DNA of 64,000 bases from Emiliania huxleyi CCMP1516 (Eukaryota). The DNA lies in contig NW_005201421.1 in the NCBI RefSeq assembly GCF_000372725.1, positions 310,001 through 374,000 on the forward strand. Reading direction: 5' to 3'. Positions 35,010 to 49,567 of the stretch are shown here, piece after piece (position 1 is the stretch's first letter; the number at the start of each line of letters is the position of its first letter). Both the position numbers and the translations under genes were made by a program. The notes beneath the pieces were generated by a model that was given only the letters and a program-made list of their open reading frames with translations, searched no databases and had not been told where the DNA came from.

Positions 35010-36229
35010 CCCCCTCGACATCGCTCGCGTCGCGGCCGTCTCGCTGCTCTTCCACGCCTCGCTTGCGGTCGGGAGGGCATCCGCTTGCGGGCGCGTGAGC
35101 GCGGCTACGCGCTGCCGGCGCAGCCAGAGGAAGAGAGCTGCGCCGTGCGGTGGCTGTGCTATTCGGCGCTGCTTTGCGAGTCCAACCCGCCGGCGAGGGC
35201 GGCGGCACGCCGTTATCACAGCCTCTTCATCGACGGCGAGGGGCGGCTCTCGTCGTGCGGCTCGGCGGACATGACATGTTGCGGACGCCAGGCCTCCTCG
35301 GCCACGGCGAGGGCGTGACGCAGCTCAACACGCCGACCCGCCTCCCCTCGACGCCGGGAGAACGCGCTGTGAGTGTGTCTACAACAGCCAACCATAGCCT
35401 CGCCCTCGCCGCCAACGGCGCCGTCTGGAGCTGGGGCGGTGGAGAGCCTCTGGCGAGTTAGGCCACGGCGACGAGCAGAGCCAGCTGCTGCCCAAGCAGG
35501 TCGAGGCTTTGGCTGAACAGCGCGTCGTCGCCGTGTCGGCTGGATACGAGCACAGCCTCGCCATCACCGCTGACGGCGCCGTCTGGAGCTGGGGCTTTGG
35601 GGCCTATGGCCGGTAGGGCCACAGCGACAGGCAGCAGCAGCTGCTGCCCAAGAAGGTCGAGGCCTTTGCCGGCCAGCGTGTCGTCGCTGTGTCGGCTGGA
35701 GAGTACCACAGCCTCGCCCTCACCACCGACGGCGCTGTTTGGAGCTGGGGCTTTGGTCACCAAGGCCGGCTGGGCCACGGCGACGAGCAGACCCAGCAGC
35801 TGCCGAAGAAGATCGAGGCCTTCGTTGGGCGCGGCGCGTCTCGTCGCTGTATCGGCTGGATATAGCTACAGCCTCGCCCTCACCGCCGACGGCAGTGTCT
35901 GGAGCTGGGGCTATGGAGGCCAAGGCAGGTTGGGCCACGGCGACGAGCAGAGCCAGCTGCTACCGAAGAAGATCGAGGCCTTTGCTATTCAGCGCGTCGT
36001 CGCCGCGTCGGCTGGAGCATGGCACGGCCTCGCCCTCACCGCCGATGGCGGCGTCTGGGGCTGGGGCGGTGGAGTCTTTGGCCGGCTAGGCCACGGCGAC
36101 GAGCAGCAGCAGCTGCTGCCGAAGAAGGTCGAGACGCTGGAAGGGCGGCGCGTCGTCGCTGTGTCGGCGGGAAGCGACCACAGCATCGCCCTCACCGCCG
36201 ACGGTGCCACCTTCGCCTGGAACATATAG
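35010..36229 (+). pseudogene. Intronless RCC1/UVR8-like repeat pseudogene with several frameshifts
   Basis: ~156-bp repeats encode VVAVSAG..HSLALTADG.VWSWG.G..GRLGHGDEQ.QLLPKK.E. The frame shifts near 35075, 35280, 35450, 35614 and 35830, and there is no ATG start. Confidence 0.85.
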
Positions 36230-36350
36230 TAAGATGTGGACGAGAGTAATATCCAGGACATCCCCTACTCACCTAGAGCCCCAGGGTCTTATATTGCAAT
36301 ATATGCAAAACGATGACGGACGCTCACCGTGCAATATAATAAACGGAGCG

Positions 36351-36979
36351 TCACAGCGCCGCGCAGACGGCTCTGGCCCACGGAATAGCACTCTCCTCGG
36401 GACTCTGCAGCTCCACCTGCGTCGGCGGTCGGAGAGGAGCGGCGGTGAGGGGAGCGGCGTCGAGCTGATCCCTGAAACGAGGCCGCCGTGGCAGGCGAGC
36501 AGAGCAGGCGAGCAGAGGCAGTGAGGCAGTGAGGCAGATGGAAGAGGCAGGGAGATGGAGATGGCTTGCGAGGAAGGAGCTGGGCACGCCTCCATTGTTC
36601 CCATCTTTAGCAGCGCGGTGCAGCCGCCCGCGATGAGAGCCCGCTCGACGCGGGACGCACCAGTGTACTTGTCGCCGTCTCCCAACTGCGCGGCCGAGTT
36701 AGCGCAGACAGAGGAAGCTAGGCCGAGTACCGCCGCCCGCCGTCCGATGGACTGCGAGTAGTTGGCAAAGTTTTCGGATCGGCGGAGGGCGCGCACAAAC
36801 TGGCGCGCAGCGGGGCAGGGCTCGCCATCCGACTCGCATTCGACGACGACCACGAGCACCGGCGCCTTCGACGTCTCCCACTCCTCCGATGCCGACCGGT
36901 CGCCAAGCTCCTGGCGCACACACTCGGCGATGTGAGGTGCCGACTCGCTTCCGAGCGAGATGACGCAGACCTTGGCCAT
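36351..36979 (-). CDS. Small flavodoxin-like-fold protein (2 exons)
   Basis: VVVVECESDGEPCPAARQF..AAVLGLASS..GASRVERALIAGG..|..IPW parallels the FMN domain of diflavin reductases. Confidence 0.55.
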
Positions 36980-37221
36980 TTTGCGGCCCGCCTGGACCTG
37001 GGGTGTCGCCGATGCCACCGGCCGAGCCTCCCTGCTCTGTGTTGCGGCCCGAAATGTCTCGACGCGGGCGAACTTGCCAGGAAGCAAAAAAGTTGGCCCG
37101 CACGGGACTGGCGCGCACCGCACCACAAAAGGGCAATATACCTAAGACACACTGTTGTACAAAAAAGAAATTTTCGCCCACGCGGGCTGCTGCCCCGTCG
37201 GGCCTCCGCCTGCAGCCGCGG

Positions 37222-40200
37222 ATGTGGCCCTGCTGCGCGCTGCTCGCGATCGAGGCGGTAGCGCTGCAGTCGCCGTCGGCGGTCCGGCAGCTCCGGCTGC
37301 GTCCGCGCCGTGCCGCAGTCTTCCTCGCCAGCGCCGATCTCGATGACGATAATTGGGAGTCGGCGACTTGGGAGGTGTCGGTGCGCTTTGCCGACGACGA
37401 CGCAGCCTCTCTCGACGGCGGCCCCATCGACGTGGCTGCGGCGGACAGCGGAGCCGACGGCGCGGCGGTCGCTTCCGGCGCGGCGCGTGCAGATGCGGCT
37501 GGCGAGCTGCCGCGTGTGACAGAGGCAGACGGGCTGGCGGCAGGGCGAGGCGCTGCGGCCGCTGGGGACGACGAGGAGGATTGGGTCGAGCCCGAGGGGA
37601 CGGCGGAGGACCTGGCGTGGGAGGAGGCGCGTCGTCCTCGCCGCGGCGTGGCGGCCTCCTCTCTTGTCACGCGCGGCGCTGTCTGGGCGTGTTTAGGTCG
37701 ACTCCGTGGAGATGTATCTGCCGCAGCTGCTCGAGCGCAAGTACGGGCCCAACTGGGAGGCCTTCGTGGACGAGGCCCTCGAGGCGGCCGACGCAGGCTA
37801 CGACGGCGGCTCTGGCTGCGAGGCTTGCGGGAGGGGGCGGACAGCGGTGACGGATCTCCGGTCGGCCCTGTAGGAGGGTCGGGGTATGCCTCGGGGTCGA
37901 CGGAGGCGTACGTCGGGTACGACGAGTTCGAGCTGCGCGCGATGATCAAAAAGGCGCAGGAGGCGGAGGCGGCGGACGGGGGCGGCGGCGGCGAGGAGGC
38001 GCCGTCGGGGTCCGACCTGGCCGCCGCAGACTTGGCAGCCGCGCGAGCAGAGGCGGAGAGCTGGCTGTCTACCGCGGAGAGGGAGGCGTCGGCGCGGACG
38101 GCAGAGGCGACGCCCTCCGCAGCAGCAGCTCCCGCCGCACCGCCGCCGCCCGCCGAGGAGGAGGAGGCGGCGGCGGCGGCGCGTTCGCATGACGTGCCGC
38201 TGAGCGAGGGCGCGCGGAGCGGGGACGCGGCCGCGCTGTCCGACTCGCTGCAGGTCGAGCGCAGCAGCGCCTTCGCGCCGCCCGCCGCCGGCCCCGCAGC
38301 CACCCCGCGCCCCGCACCGCCACCGCGCTGCCACACTACGCGCACACCAACCCGCCCTCTTTCCTCGTGCGCCCCGCGTGCCCCTCCCCCCCCACCACCC
38401 CAAACCCAAAGCCCTCACTGGCGACCCCGCCCCCCCCCGCCCCCCTCCCCCGCTTGCCCCCGCCCCCGGCTCTGCCTCAGGAGTACTTGCGCGCCGCGTC
38501 TCGCGGGGAGGCCGAGGCGCCGCCCGAGCTCTTCCCCGCGTCGGAGTGGCTGCAGGTCTTTACCCACAGCCCCACGCCCGAGCCTGTTCCTGCGCTCCTC
38601 AAGCAGTACCAAGGTAGCTCAAGCAGTAGCTGTTGCGCCACGGGCAGGTCTTCGCGTGCGCCACGCCCGAGCGCCGCTTCAGCATGATCTCGCAGACCTA
38701 CGCCAACCTGCGCGTGCAGCTGGAGCCCTTCCCCCCTCCAGCCCTCCGCCAGCCCCGGACCCCTCCTCGGAGCCACCCCTAGGCGCGTCCTGCTCCACCG
38801 CAACTTCGCAGACTTCGCCTCGCTCGGCCACTCGACCTCAGACAGCCTGAGCACTAAGGACCGGGCGCACCTCAAGGCACATACAACAAGACAGTCTCTC
38901 TAATATTATCAGACGACCTGAGCACAAAGGACCGGGCGCACCTCAAGGCACATACAATAAGATAGTCTCTCTAATATTATCAGACGACCTGAGCACTAAG
39001 GACCGGGCGCACCTCAAGGCACATACAACAAGACAGTCTCTCTAATATTATCAGACGACCTGAGCACTAAGGACCGGGCGCACCTCAAGGCACATACAAC
39101 AAGACAGTCTCTCTAATATTATCAGACGACCTGAGCACTAAGGACCGGGCGCACCTCAAGGCACATACAACAAGACAGTCTCTCTAATATTATCAGACGA
39201 CCTGAGCACTAAGGACCGGGCGCACCTCAAGGCAATCTCCGCGACCCCTCCCTCCGCTACCCCTACCCCTACCCCTCCCCGCTCCCCTGCCCCTACCCCT
39301 CCCCGCTCCCCTGCCCCTACCCCTCCCCGCTCCCCTGCCCCCTTCCACAGGCGCGCGCCGTGCACGAGGCGACCGGCCTGGCGGCGATTGCGGAGTCGAC
39401 GATGGTGTACGTCGAGGCGACCGCTCAGAAGCCGGCGCCATGGCCGAGGCGAGTGGGGCGGCGGGGTGGTGCGGTGCTGCGGCCCACCCCGGTGCTGCTG
39501 CTGCTGCGGTAGGCGTCGGAGCGCGTCTTCGTCGAGTCGGACGAGAGCTGCATCGAGGCGCTCATCGGGAGGGCGCGGCCGGTGTCGGAGGAGGGGCGCG
39601 AGGTTGTGTTTGTGACCGAGACGGCATTCGTCTCTGACGAGCTCGCGCTGCACGGCTACGGAGAGCTCCGGATGCCTGTCGCCTTTGCAGCGCAGGAGAG
39701 AGAGAAGCGGGGAGAGAGAGAGAGAGAGCCCGCGGCTGCTTCCCGCCGCCCCGCCGGGTGCGCCGGTGCGGTCACCTCGCCGGCGCCTCCGTAGGAGCAC
39801 GCCACGATCGCACAGACCTCCGCGCACAACGCGCTCTTCGTCAAGGTCAGCGAGGTGAGCGCGCCGGCCGAGAGACAGCCGAGAGGCAGCCGAGAGGGGG
39901 GGAGGTCAGAGGGGGGAGGTCGGGGTTTCGCTCGAGGTCAGCGAGGTGGGGGGGCGACTGCCTCTATCCGCTATCCCTCCCCCTGCTCCCTCGTCTCCTC
40001 TTTCTCCTCTTCTCCCCCTTCGCCTCTTTGCCTTACCCTCTCTTTTTCTCTCCTCTTCTCAACTTGCTTATCTCTTCCAGCCCCCTTCTCTGCCTTCTCT
40101 CTTGCGCTACTTTCTTTGTCCTGCTCTCCCTAGCCTCCTTCTCCTGCGCCAGCCGTCTTTGTTCTTCTCCCTCACACCGCTTATCTTTCTCTTCTCCCTT

Positions 40201-41841
40201 CCTTCTCCGTCTCCCCCTCCTCTCTTTANNNNNNNNNNNNNNNNNNNNNNNNNNNNNNNNNNNNNNNNNNNNNNNNNNNNNNNNNNNNNNNNNNNNNNNN
40301 NNNNNNNNNNNNNNNNNNNNNNNNNNNNCGGGGGAGGTTATGGTGGGGGGTTTCGCCCGCTTTTCTGACGTGGAGGCGGCAGTCCAGGCGCTCGGACTAG
40401 ATTTTGTGGGAAACCCCCCTTTGGAGGATTTTTCCGAAATGCAGGTGCAGGAGCGGCCCGGCCCCCCCCCAAAAAAGAGGGGGGGGCAGACCCTCCTCAA
40501 GGAGGGGTTGCTGGGAGAGGGGCCCTTCCTGGAGGGGGACATCCTAAAGGGGGCCTCCCCCCCCCCCCCCTTCCCAAGTCCCTCCCAACCCCCCCCCTCC
40601 CAAGTCCCTCCCAACCCCCCCCCCCCCCAAACCCCCTCCCCCCCTCCCCTCACCTCTGCACCTCCCCGCAGGTGTCCAGCTTCGTCAACCACATGGTCGA
40701 CGTCGAGATGATGGAGGCGGCCGCGGCACGGCAGCGCGCCTCCCCCCCCGCGCCTGCCCCTCCCCACCCTCCCCCCCCCTGCCGCAAGGCGTGCGGCGAG
40801 GAGCTCGCCGAGCGGCTCGAGAAGCAGCAGCCGACTAAGGTCCTCACCGTCGAGGCGACGGGCTTGCTGCCCCGCCCTGCCGACATCTCCTAGACATGTC
40901 CGTGACACGTCCCCGACATGTCCTGTAGGCGACGGGCCTGCTGCCCGCCATGTTCGTCGCAAAGGCGCTCTCGTTGCCGTGCGTCTTTGCGCGCAAGCAG
41001 CGCCAGATCTCGATCTCAGACTCGTACCAGACGTCGTACAAGTCGACCGTCGCCTCGACGCCGCAGGACCTGTACGTCTCGACAGAGTGAGATCTAGCCG
41101 CGATCTAGCCGAGATCTAGCCGAGATAGGACCTGTACGTCTCGACAGAGTGAGATCTAGCCGCGATCTAGCCGAGATCTAGCCGAGATAGGACCTGTACG
41201 TCTCGACAGAGTGAGATCTAGCCGCGATCTAGCCGAGATCTAGCCGAGATAGGACCTGTACGTCTCGACAGAGTGAGATCTAGCCGAGATCTAGCCGAGA
41301 TCTAGCCGAGATCTAGCCGAGATAGGACCTGTACGTCTCGACAGAGTGCTTCGCCGCCCCTTGCTTCGCCGCCCCTCCCGCCGCGCGCGGCCTCCCCTAC
41401 CCGACGGTACCCGAACCCACGTGGCACGCCAGGTACCTCACAGCACCCTCCCCTACCACACACGGTACCCGAACCCACCCGTGGCGCGCCAGGTACCTCA
41501 ACCCGTCCGACCGCGTGCTCATCATCGACGACTTCCTCGCAGGCGGCCGCACCGCCGACGCGCTCGTGCGGCTGTGCAAGATGGCGAACGCAAACGTGGT
41601 CGGCGGCGGCTTCCTGATAGAGAAGGCGGCCGACGCGGGCCGCGCCTTCCTCTCCGGGTACCAGATCCCGCTCGAGTCGATCGCGCTGGTCGAGGTCAAG
41701 GACGGCACCATCCACGTCATCGAGCAGGACAGCCGCGAGGCGCCGGCGCAGCTGCAGTCCGAGGTGGCCGCCGTCGCGAGAAACTTTGACGACTCGCCCC
41801 CCGACGACGACGACGACGGTCTCGTCCGTCTCAGTGTCTGA
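37222..41841 (+). CDS. xpt: Multi-exon protein with signal-like leader, unknown N-terminal region and C-terminal xanthine phosphoribosyltransferase domain
   Basis: GDILK|VSSFVNHMVD, TKVLTVE|ATGLLPA, CVFARK, DRVLIIDDFLAGGRT and GFLIEK match Xpt-type type-I PRTases. Continuity across the 40229-40328 gap is inferred. Confidence 0.7.
38846..39234 (+). repeat. 71-bp tandem repeat x5.5 spanning an exon/GC-donor junction
   Basis: Units start at 38846, 38917, 38988, 39059, 39130 and 39201. Confidence 0.95.
41065..41348 (+). repeat. 62-bp tandem repeat x4.3 (exon end, GT donor and (gagatctagcc)n)
   Basis: aggacctgtacgtctcgacagagtg at 41065, 41127, 41189, 41251 and 41324. Confidence 0.95.
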
Positions 41842-42215
41842 GAGATCGCTTGGTCGACTGGGCGGAACCGTGTGACCCACCTGCTGCTGCCAACACAGCG
41901 AGCAATCGTCAGACGTGTCCACGCCTTGTGTCCTGCGGGGCCCTTGCCGTCCCCTTTTGGCTGTTGGCTTATTCGCGCGGCGTCCGGCGACGAGACGTGC
42001 ATGTACAACTCGAGTGGTGTAAGTGTTTTCTCTTTACAGTAACGAAAAACTCCTTGCGAGATCGGATCCCGGGCTACGGGGCGGCCGCGCCGAAATGAAA
42101 AGGTCGGAGAGCGCGGGAGGAGTCGCGCCCCGCAACTCGCTCTATCTGTTAATTCGCTGCCTCTCTCTGTGCGTGTGATCTCGCGCGGCATGCGCACGTG
42201 CCTCCCTCGCCCCCC

Positions 42216-44186
<1,971 letters not shown>

Positions 44187-44580
44187 GGCAAGCGAGTGGT
44201 GCCCGCGACGAGCTGGGTGGGCACGGAAGAATTCTCGCCCTCGTCAGGCGCGCGATTCCAGTATCCTTTTACGCCAAATGTATTAGGCCAATGTACCCTC
44301 ACCGAAGGTGCATGGAGTGAATCCGAGTGAAACTAGCGTCACTGAATCAGCCGTGCAATCACGGCTCTGCGGCGGAGCACGGCCCCGGCGGAGCCTCCTA
44401 TCCTAGCCTCCTAGCCGGTAATTAAAAAAGAAAACGCTAGACTTGCCCCTGATTGCTATCAAAGGTGCGTGGGGCTGTGAGCCCGGCGCCCCCGCCTCCC
44501 TCCGTCCCGCTGCTCGCGCCCCCGCTTCCGCGCTAGAGCGGCGCCTATCCCTGCGCGCAGGTCTCTCGACACCACAACCA

Positions 44581-44787
44581 ATGGCTCCTCTCCACTCCTT
44601 CTTCTGGGACAACGCGACCCGCTTCGTCATTGGAAGCGGCTTTGCTGCCGGCGCCCTGTGGTACGTCACGCCCTACTTCGGGCCCGTCCTCGCCCAGCCG
44701 GAGAAGGCGGAGCAGGAGGCGCACGCTCTCAACCGCCGCTTCTCCTCCAACAAGCACATGCAGGCGCCTGTCGAGAAGGCGGCATGA
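44581..44787 (+). CDS. Small (68 aa) single-TM protein
   Basis: ATG in accATGg context, GC3-rich codons, one hydrophobic stretch (FVIGSGFAAGALWYVTPYF); divergent from the DnaJ gene. Confidence 0.5.
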   Translation: MAPLHSFFWDNATRFVIGSGFAAGALWYVTPYFGPVLAQPEKAEQEAHALNRRFSSNKHMQAPVEKAA

Positions 44788-45227
44788 GAGACGCCCACCT
44801 CGCCGAGCTGTCCCACCTTGCCACGCCGTCGGCTGCTCGTTTGCGGCGCGTGGTCTCGTGGGTGGGTGCTAGTTAGCTGTGTCCTGCCCTCGCTGGGCCA
44901 TCAGCGATCAGGTGTGCGTGTGAGGTGTGGTTGCCGCCTGCGCCAACCGTGCACGTCCTTGCGCGGTGAGTGCCACGAGTCTCTTTTTGTTATTTATTTG
45001 TTAGACTTGAAGTGTTCAAGGGAAAGGCGGTCGCACACGACGTCACACCCGCTCTTGGTCTTGGATGCCCAGCCTTGCCAAACTCGAGCGCGGCGCCGCA
45101 GGCGCAGCAGCGGCAGTGTGCTGACTGCTGAGTGCTGTGTGAGAAGCGACGTGTGTGAGACGCGGTGCTCGCGGCCGTACTCCTCCGGGACACACGGCTA
45201 TCACGGGGCGAGGTCCACGTTGACGGT

Positions 45228-48037
45228 TCAGCTCGGCGGTGCCTCTGTCGGCGAGGCGCCGCTCGCCGCGCCCGAGGCGAGCCCTTGCCCGGCGAGCGAG
45301 GCGCTGGGGCGGAGGCGGGAGGAGAGCTGGCTCGCGAGCCCTCGGCCGGCGCCCGCCAGCTCGGCGAGCGCCGCTGCGGCGGAGGCTGCGCCCTCGACGC
45401 CGCGGGAGAGAAGGGCCGCGAGGCCGGTGCGCCTGGGCGGCTTTGCGCGCACGAGCAGCACCGCGGCGTCTGCGGAGCGGGTGCGCAGGTACGCGTCCGC
45501 GGTGCAGAGTCCGTCGACGAGCCCTTGGTCGAGGGCGTGCAGAGCGAGCCACGACTCGCCCGTCGCCACCGCCTGCGGGGGGGGCGTGTCGTGGACGTGT
45601 CGTGGACGTGTCGTGGGCGTGTCGTGGACGTGTCGTGGACGTGTCGTGGACGTGTCAGTGGACGTGTCGTGGGCGTGTCGTGGGCGTGTCGTGGACGTGT
45701 CGTGGACGTGTCAGTGGACGTGTCGTGGGCGTGTCGTGGGCGTGTCGTGGGCGTGTCGTGGGCGTGTCGTGGACGTGTCGTGGACGTGTCAGTGGACGTG
45801 TCGTGGGCGTGTCGTGGGCGTGTCGTGGACGTGTCGTGGACGTGTCGTGGACGTGTCGTGGACGTGTCCCCGCGAGAGAAGGCCTCTCCCGCCGCGAGGC
45901 ACCTCGATGTCGAGCGAGGGGCGGTTGGTAGAGACGTGCACCTGCGGGGGAGGAGGAGGGACACGTCCCGGACACGTCCATGGAGCCGGACCGGTTCCGA
46001 GTGCGGGTCGCCTTGAAGGCGGCGTGGATGGCGTCGATCTCCTCCTGGTACTTTTGCAGCCCCTCGGGCGTGTTTGGCTCGAACTGCTGCAGCGACCGCT
46101 TGAAGCGCCCCGACGTCCTCTGGACGACCTCGACGCCCGCCCGCTCGAGCACCTGCGGCCGGGCGGGGGAGGGCGAGGAGGAGGAGGAGGAGGCCTCGAG
46201 GAGGAGCCTGGAGGGCGGTCCGGCCCCCGCGGGCTCCGTGCGGGCGAACCGGCTTGTGCACGTTTGGGCTCCTATACGATATTCTATCCTCTTGCATGAT
46301 AGCGCAGTGAGATTGCCTTGTGCACGTTTGGGCTCCCGCCCACGACTCCGATGGAGCCGACGTACGCGAACGGGGCGGCGAGGAGCTTGTCGGCGACGCA
46401 GGCCATCATGTACCCGCCTGAGGGGAGAGGGGCGGCGTCTCGGCAGGCGCGTCCCTGCTGCGCAGGTCTGCGGCGGCAGCCGAGTGCGCCGCTCGCAGCG
46501 ACCAGGTCGACGCACGCCGTGGTTGGCAGCCCTGCGGAGCGGAGGCGGCCGAGCTGCGCAGCCGCGAGGCCGTAGTCGCTCACTGGTCCGCCTGGAGGAC
46601 ATGTCCAGGACACGTCCATCACCTCTCCCGCAGAGACTCTGCCGTAGTCGCTCACTGGTCCGCCTGGAGGACATGTCCAGGACACGTCCATCACCTCTCC
46701 CGCAGAGACTCTGCCGTAGTCGCTCACTGGTCCGCCTGGAGGACATGTCCAGGACACGTCCATCACCTCTCCCGCAGAGACTCTGCCGTAGTCGCTCACT
46801 GGTCCGCCTGGAGGACATGTCCAGGACACGTCCATCACCTCTCCCGCAGAGACTGTGCCGCAGTCGCTCACGCGTGCGCCCGGCGACGTGATCCGCACGA
46901 CCACCTCGTCGTACGGGCTCGCCGTCGCTAGCAGGAAGGACACCTGCGGCTCTGACTCACGTCAGCACTCCTTCGCACTCCTGTCCAGAGAGGGGCGGGG
47001 CAGGGCGGGGAAGGGCGCAAGCTCGGGCCTGCGCCCGCAGAGTGTTGAGCATGTCTCGCATCAGCGGCGGTCGAGGCGGGCTTCCTGCCGCGACCGGCGC
47101 CGGCCGGACGTCCCAGTCGACGACCCACACTTTGGGGCTCAGCCGCTGGCGCACTCTCCGAGGCGAGGCGCCGGCGAGGAGCTCCTTCTCCACCTCCTCC
47201 TCCAGATTCTAAGGTTGGCGGGGAGGAGAGGCTCTCGGACAACGCCTCCTCGCCATGGCTCTCTCCTCTCTCTCTCCCGGCGGCGGCCTTCATCTGTAGC
47301 GCCTTCCGCTTCTCGAGCTCTCTCTCCTCGAACTTCTCGGCGTCGGCGAGCTTCGCCTCCACCGGGCCTGCCGCCGCCGCCACGTCGCCTGTGACCTGCG
47401 CCGCGTACTGAGGCACCACCTCAAGCTCCACGCCGGTGCCCTCGCCAGTAGCCAGGTCCCGCGGCACAGTCACCTCGAGAGCGCTCTCCTCGGGCGCGCC
47501 GCCGCCGCCGCCGCCGCCGCCCGACCCTCCCAACCGGCTCCGTGCCGATGCAGCCGCGCCCAGCCCACCCACGACGAGCGCCGCGCCGACGACGTCTGGC
47601 CCGTAGGGCAGCAGCGCGGGTGCGTGGTTCCAACCGAGCACGCCCACGCCGGCGGCGGCGGCGACCATTCCGGCGCGCGATTGCCAGCTGGACCTCACTT
47701 TCCGCGAGTCCTCGCTTTCCAGTGGCAGCAGGAGCCGCGAGTCGAGCCGGCTCGGGCTCTCACGTCCGTCGCCCAGACGCTCGGCCGGCTCGGCCGTCGA
47801 CTTGGGCTCCGCCTCGCCGTCCTCACTTTCCTCGTCGTCGCCGAAGCGAATTAACGATTCTCCTTCCTCGCCGCCTTTTTCGCCGCCCTTTTCGCCGCCC
47901 TCCGGAGCGCCGACTCGCCGCAAAAAGGGCACCGACACCGGCTCTGAATCGCTAGGCGTCTTGCTGCACAGCAGCCGGCGGCCAGAGGTAGCCAGACTCG
48001 GTCGTCGCGAGGCGAATCGGAGCGCGACGCGACGCAT
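45228..48037 (-). CDS. sohB: Peptidase S49 (SohB-like) with mitochondrial-type presequence, multi-exon
   Basis: DEVVVRITSPG|GPVSDYGLAAAQLGRLR, CVDLVAASG|GYMMACVA, APFAYVGSIGVV, GRFKR and VATGESWLA; Arg-rich leader MRRVALRFASRR. Confidence 0.88.
45587..45868. repeat. 11-bp intronic minisatellite (gtgtcgtgg[a/g]c)n
   Basis: Direct observation. Confidence 0.95.
46569..46882 (-). repeat. 72-bp tandem repeat x4.3 spanning an acceptor/exon junction of the S49 gene
   Basis: Units start at 46569, 46641, 46713 and 46785, with a diverged copy at 46857. Confidence 0.95.
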
Positions 48038-48111
48038 CAATGTGGCCCTGGCGAGCGGCGGGAGTGCAGGAGGTTTTTTTCTTGCCTCGTCACCACCTTC
48101 CTCCTCGGTGA

Positions 48112-49434
48112 CAGACAGCAAACGGAATCGCCCTCGGCGTGCTCGAGACAGTCAAGGCGAAACACTCAGGCAACCAAGGCCTGCCGAGCGAGGTGGAAGA
48201 CCTGCTCAACGGGCCGGCGCTGAAGCGGCTGGCCGCCTTTTTCCAGGACACGTGGCTCTCCAAGCTGCTCACGTATGAAAACGGGGAGTACATCTTCTCG
48301 TGCGAACAGTCCGCCGTCCTGCGGCACAACCACCCCGAGCTTTGGGAGTTTCTGCAGCCGCACAAGGGGGCGGAGTACAGCGTTCCACTTTTGGAAGGGG
48401 CGAATGGCTTCGCCAACGACGTGGGCGACTCGCTGCGCTTCCAGATCGACGAGAGCGGAAAGCTCGTGCCGTGCGACAACGTGAACCTGATCCCGCAGCA
48501 GCGGCTCAAGCTTTCGTACTGCATGATCGAGGTCGCCGAATTTTATCACGTCGCACTCCACATCGCCGCGGAGACCATGCTGCATGCAGTTCGCATCGCA
48601 GGATTTCGCCCCCGACGGAACTACGCCCGACCCGGTCTGGCGACTTTTCAATCCAGGACCAGACTGCCCAAAAGAGCATCGCGGCTGAGGTTGTGCTCAC
48701 ACAGAGCGGCCGCCCGGACAAGAAGGGCACCCACGGCTTCCTGTGTACTCGACCACGCTCCCGGGCGAGGCTCTTCTCCGCGCCGTGCAGCAGAGACCGC
48801 TGGATGCCCGCCAACGTGTTGGATGAGCACCGGCAGTACTTTGTGCCCCTCCTGCAGCGCGCGCAGAATGTTGTCTGCACTGCAAGGATGAGTACCGGCT
48901 CCCCATCCCGCCGCCCATCATGACTTTGTACAGCGCTCAGCTGAGCAGCCTGGGCGGCTACTCGCCAGCGTCCATCGCGCCGTGGATGCCGCCCGTGACC
49001 GCCGCGATGATCGGAATTCGAGCACACGATGACGTTCAGCTGGCACCTGGCAGCTCCTCTTCGCCACCGACATCGAGGACGGAGTTGCTGATTGGCAGTT
49101 CCGCGGACCGAGTAAATTCGCGAACCAGGTCTTGACGACGGTGGTCCTCAACATCCCACACAAGACGATGACGGCTTGCAACGCGTCTGCCACGGGACCT
49201 GATTCGAAGACCCAGACAACGTCGGTCCAGAACGAGATGGCGCAGAACGGCCTCTACCTCGAATACCACGGTGAGGGCCAGTATTCGAGCGAGTGCAAGC
49301 ACTTCCCGGCGATACTCAAGAATATGTCGAACGCCCTGCGGGCGCTCTGGAAAGAGGTGGACGACCGCAAGTTCAACGCCGTCACCTTTGTCTACGAGTC
49401 GAGCCGGTGCGTCACCTCGTCGACATGGATCTAG
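48112..49434 (+). pseudogene. Divergent lipoxygenase-like coding relic (no ATG, broken frames)
   Basis: FYHVALHIAAE, PDPVWRLFNP, AHDDVQ and C-terminal TSSTWI* occur in the order of lipoxygenase metal-ligand motifs. Confidence 0.4.
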
Positions 49435-49519
49435 GGGCCCTGCAGCGGCCCTGTCGAATGACTTGGTTCCGTGCTCGTGCGCTCCGGGGCGCTCGTGTCG
49501 AGCTCGCGCGGCGCTCTGT

Positions 49520-49567
<48 letters not shown>

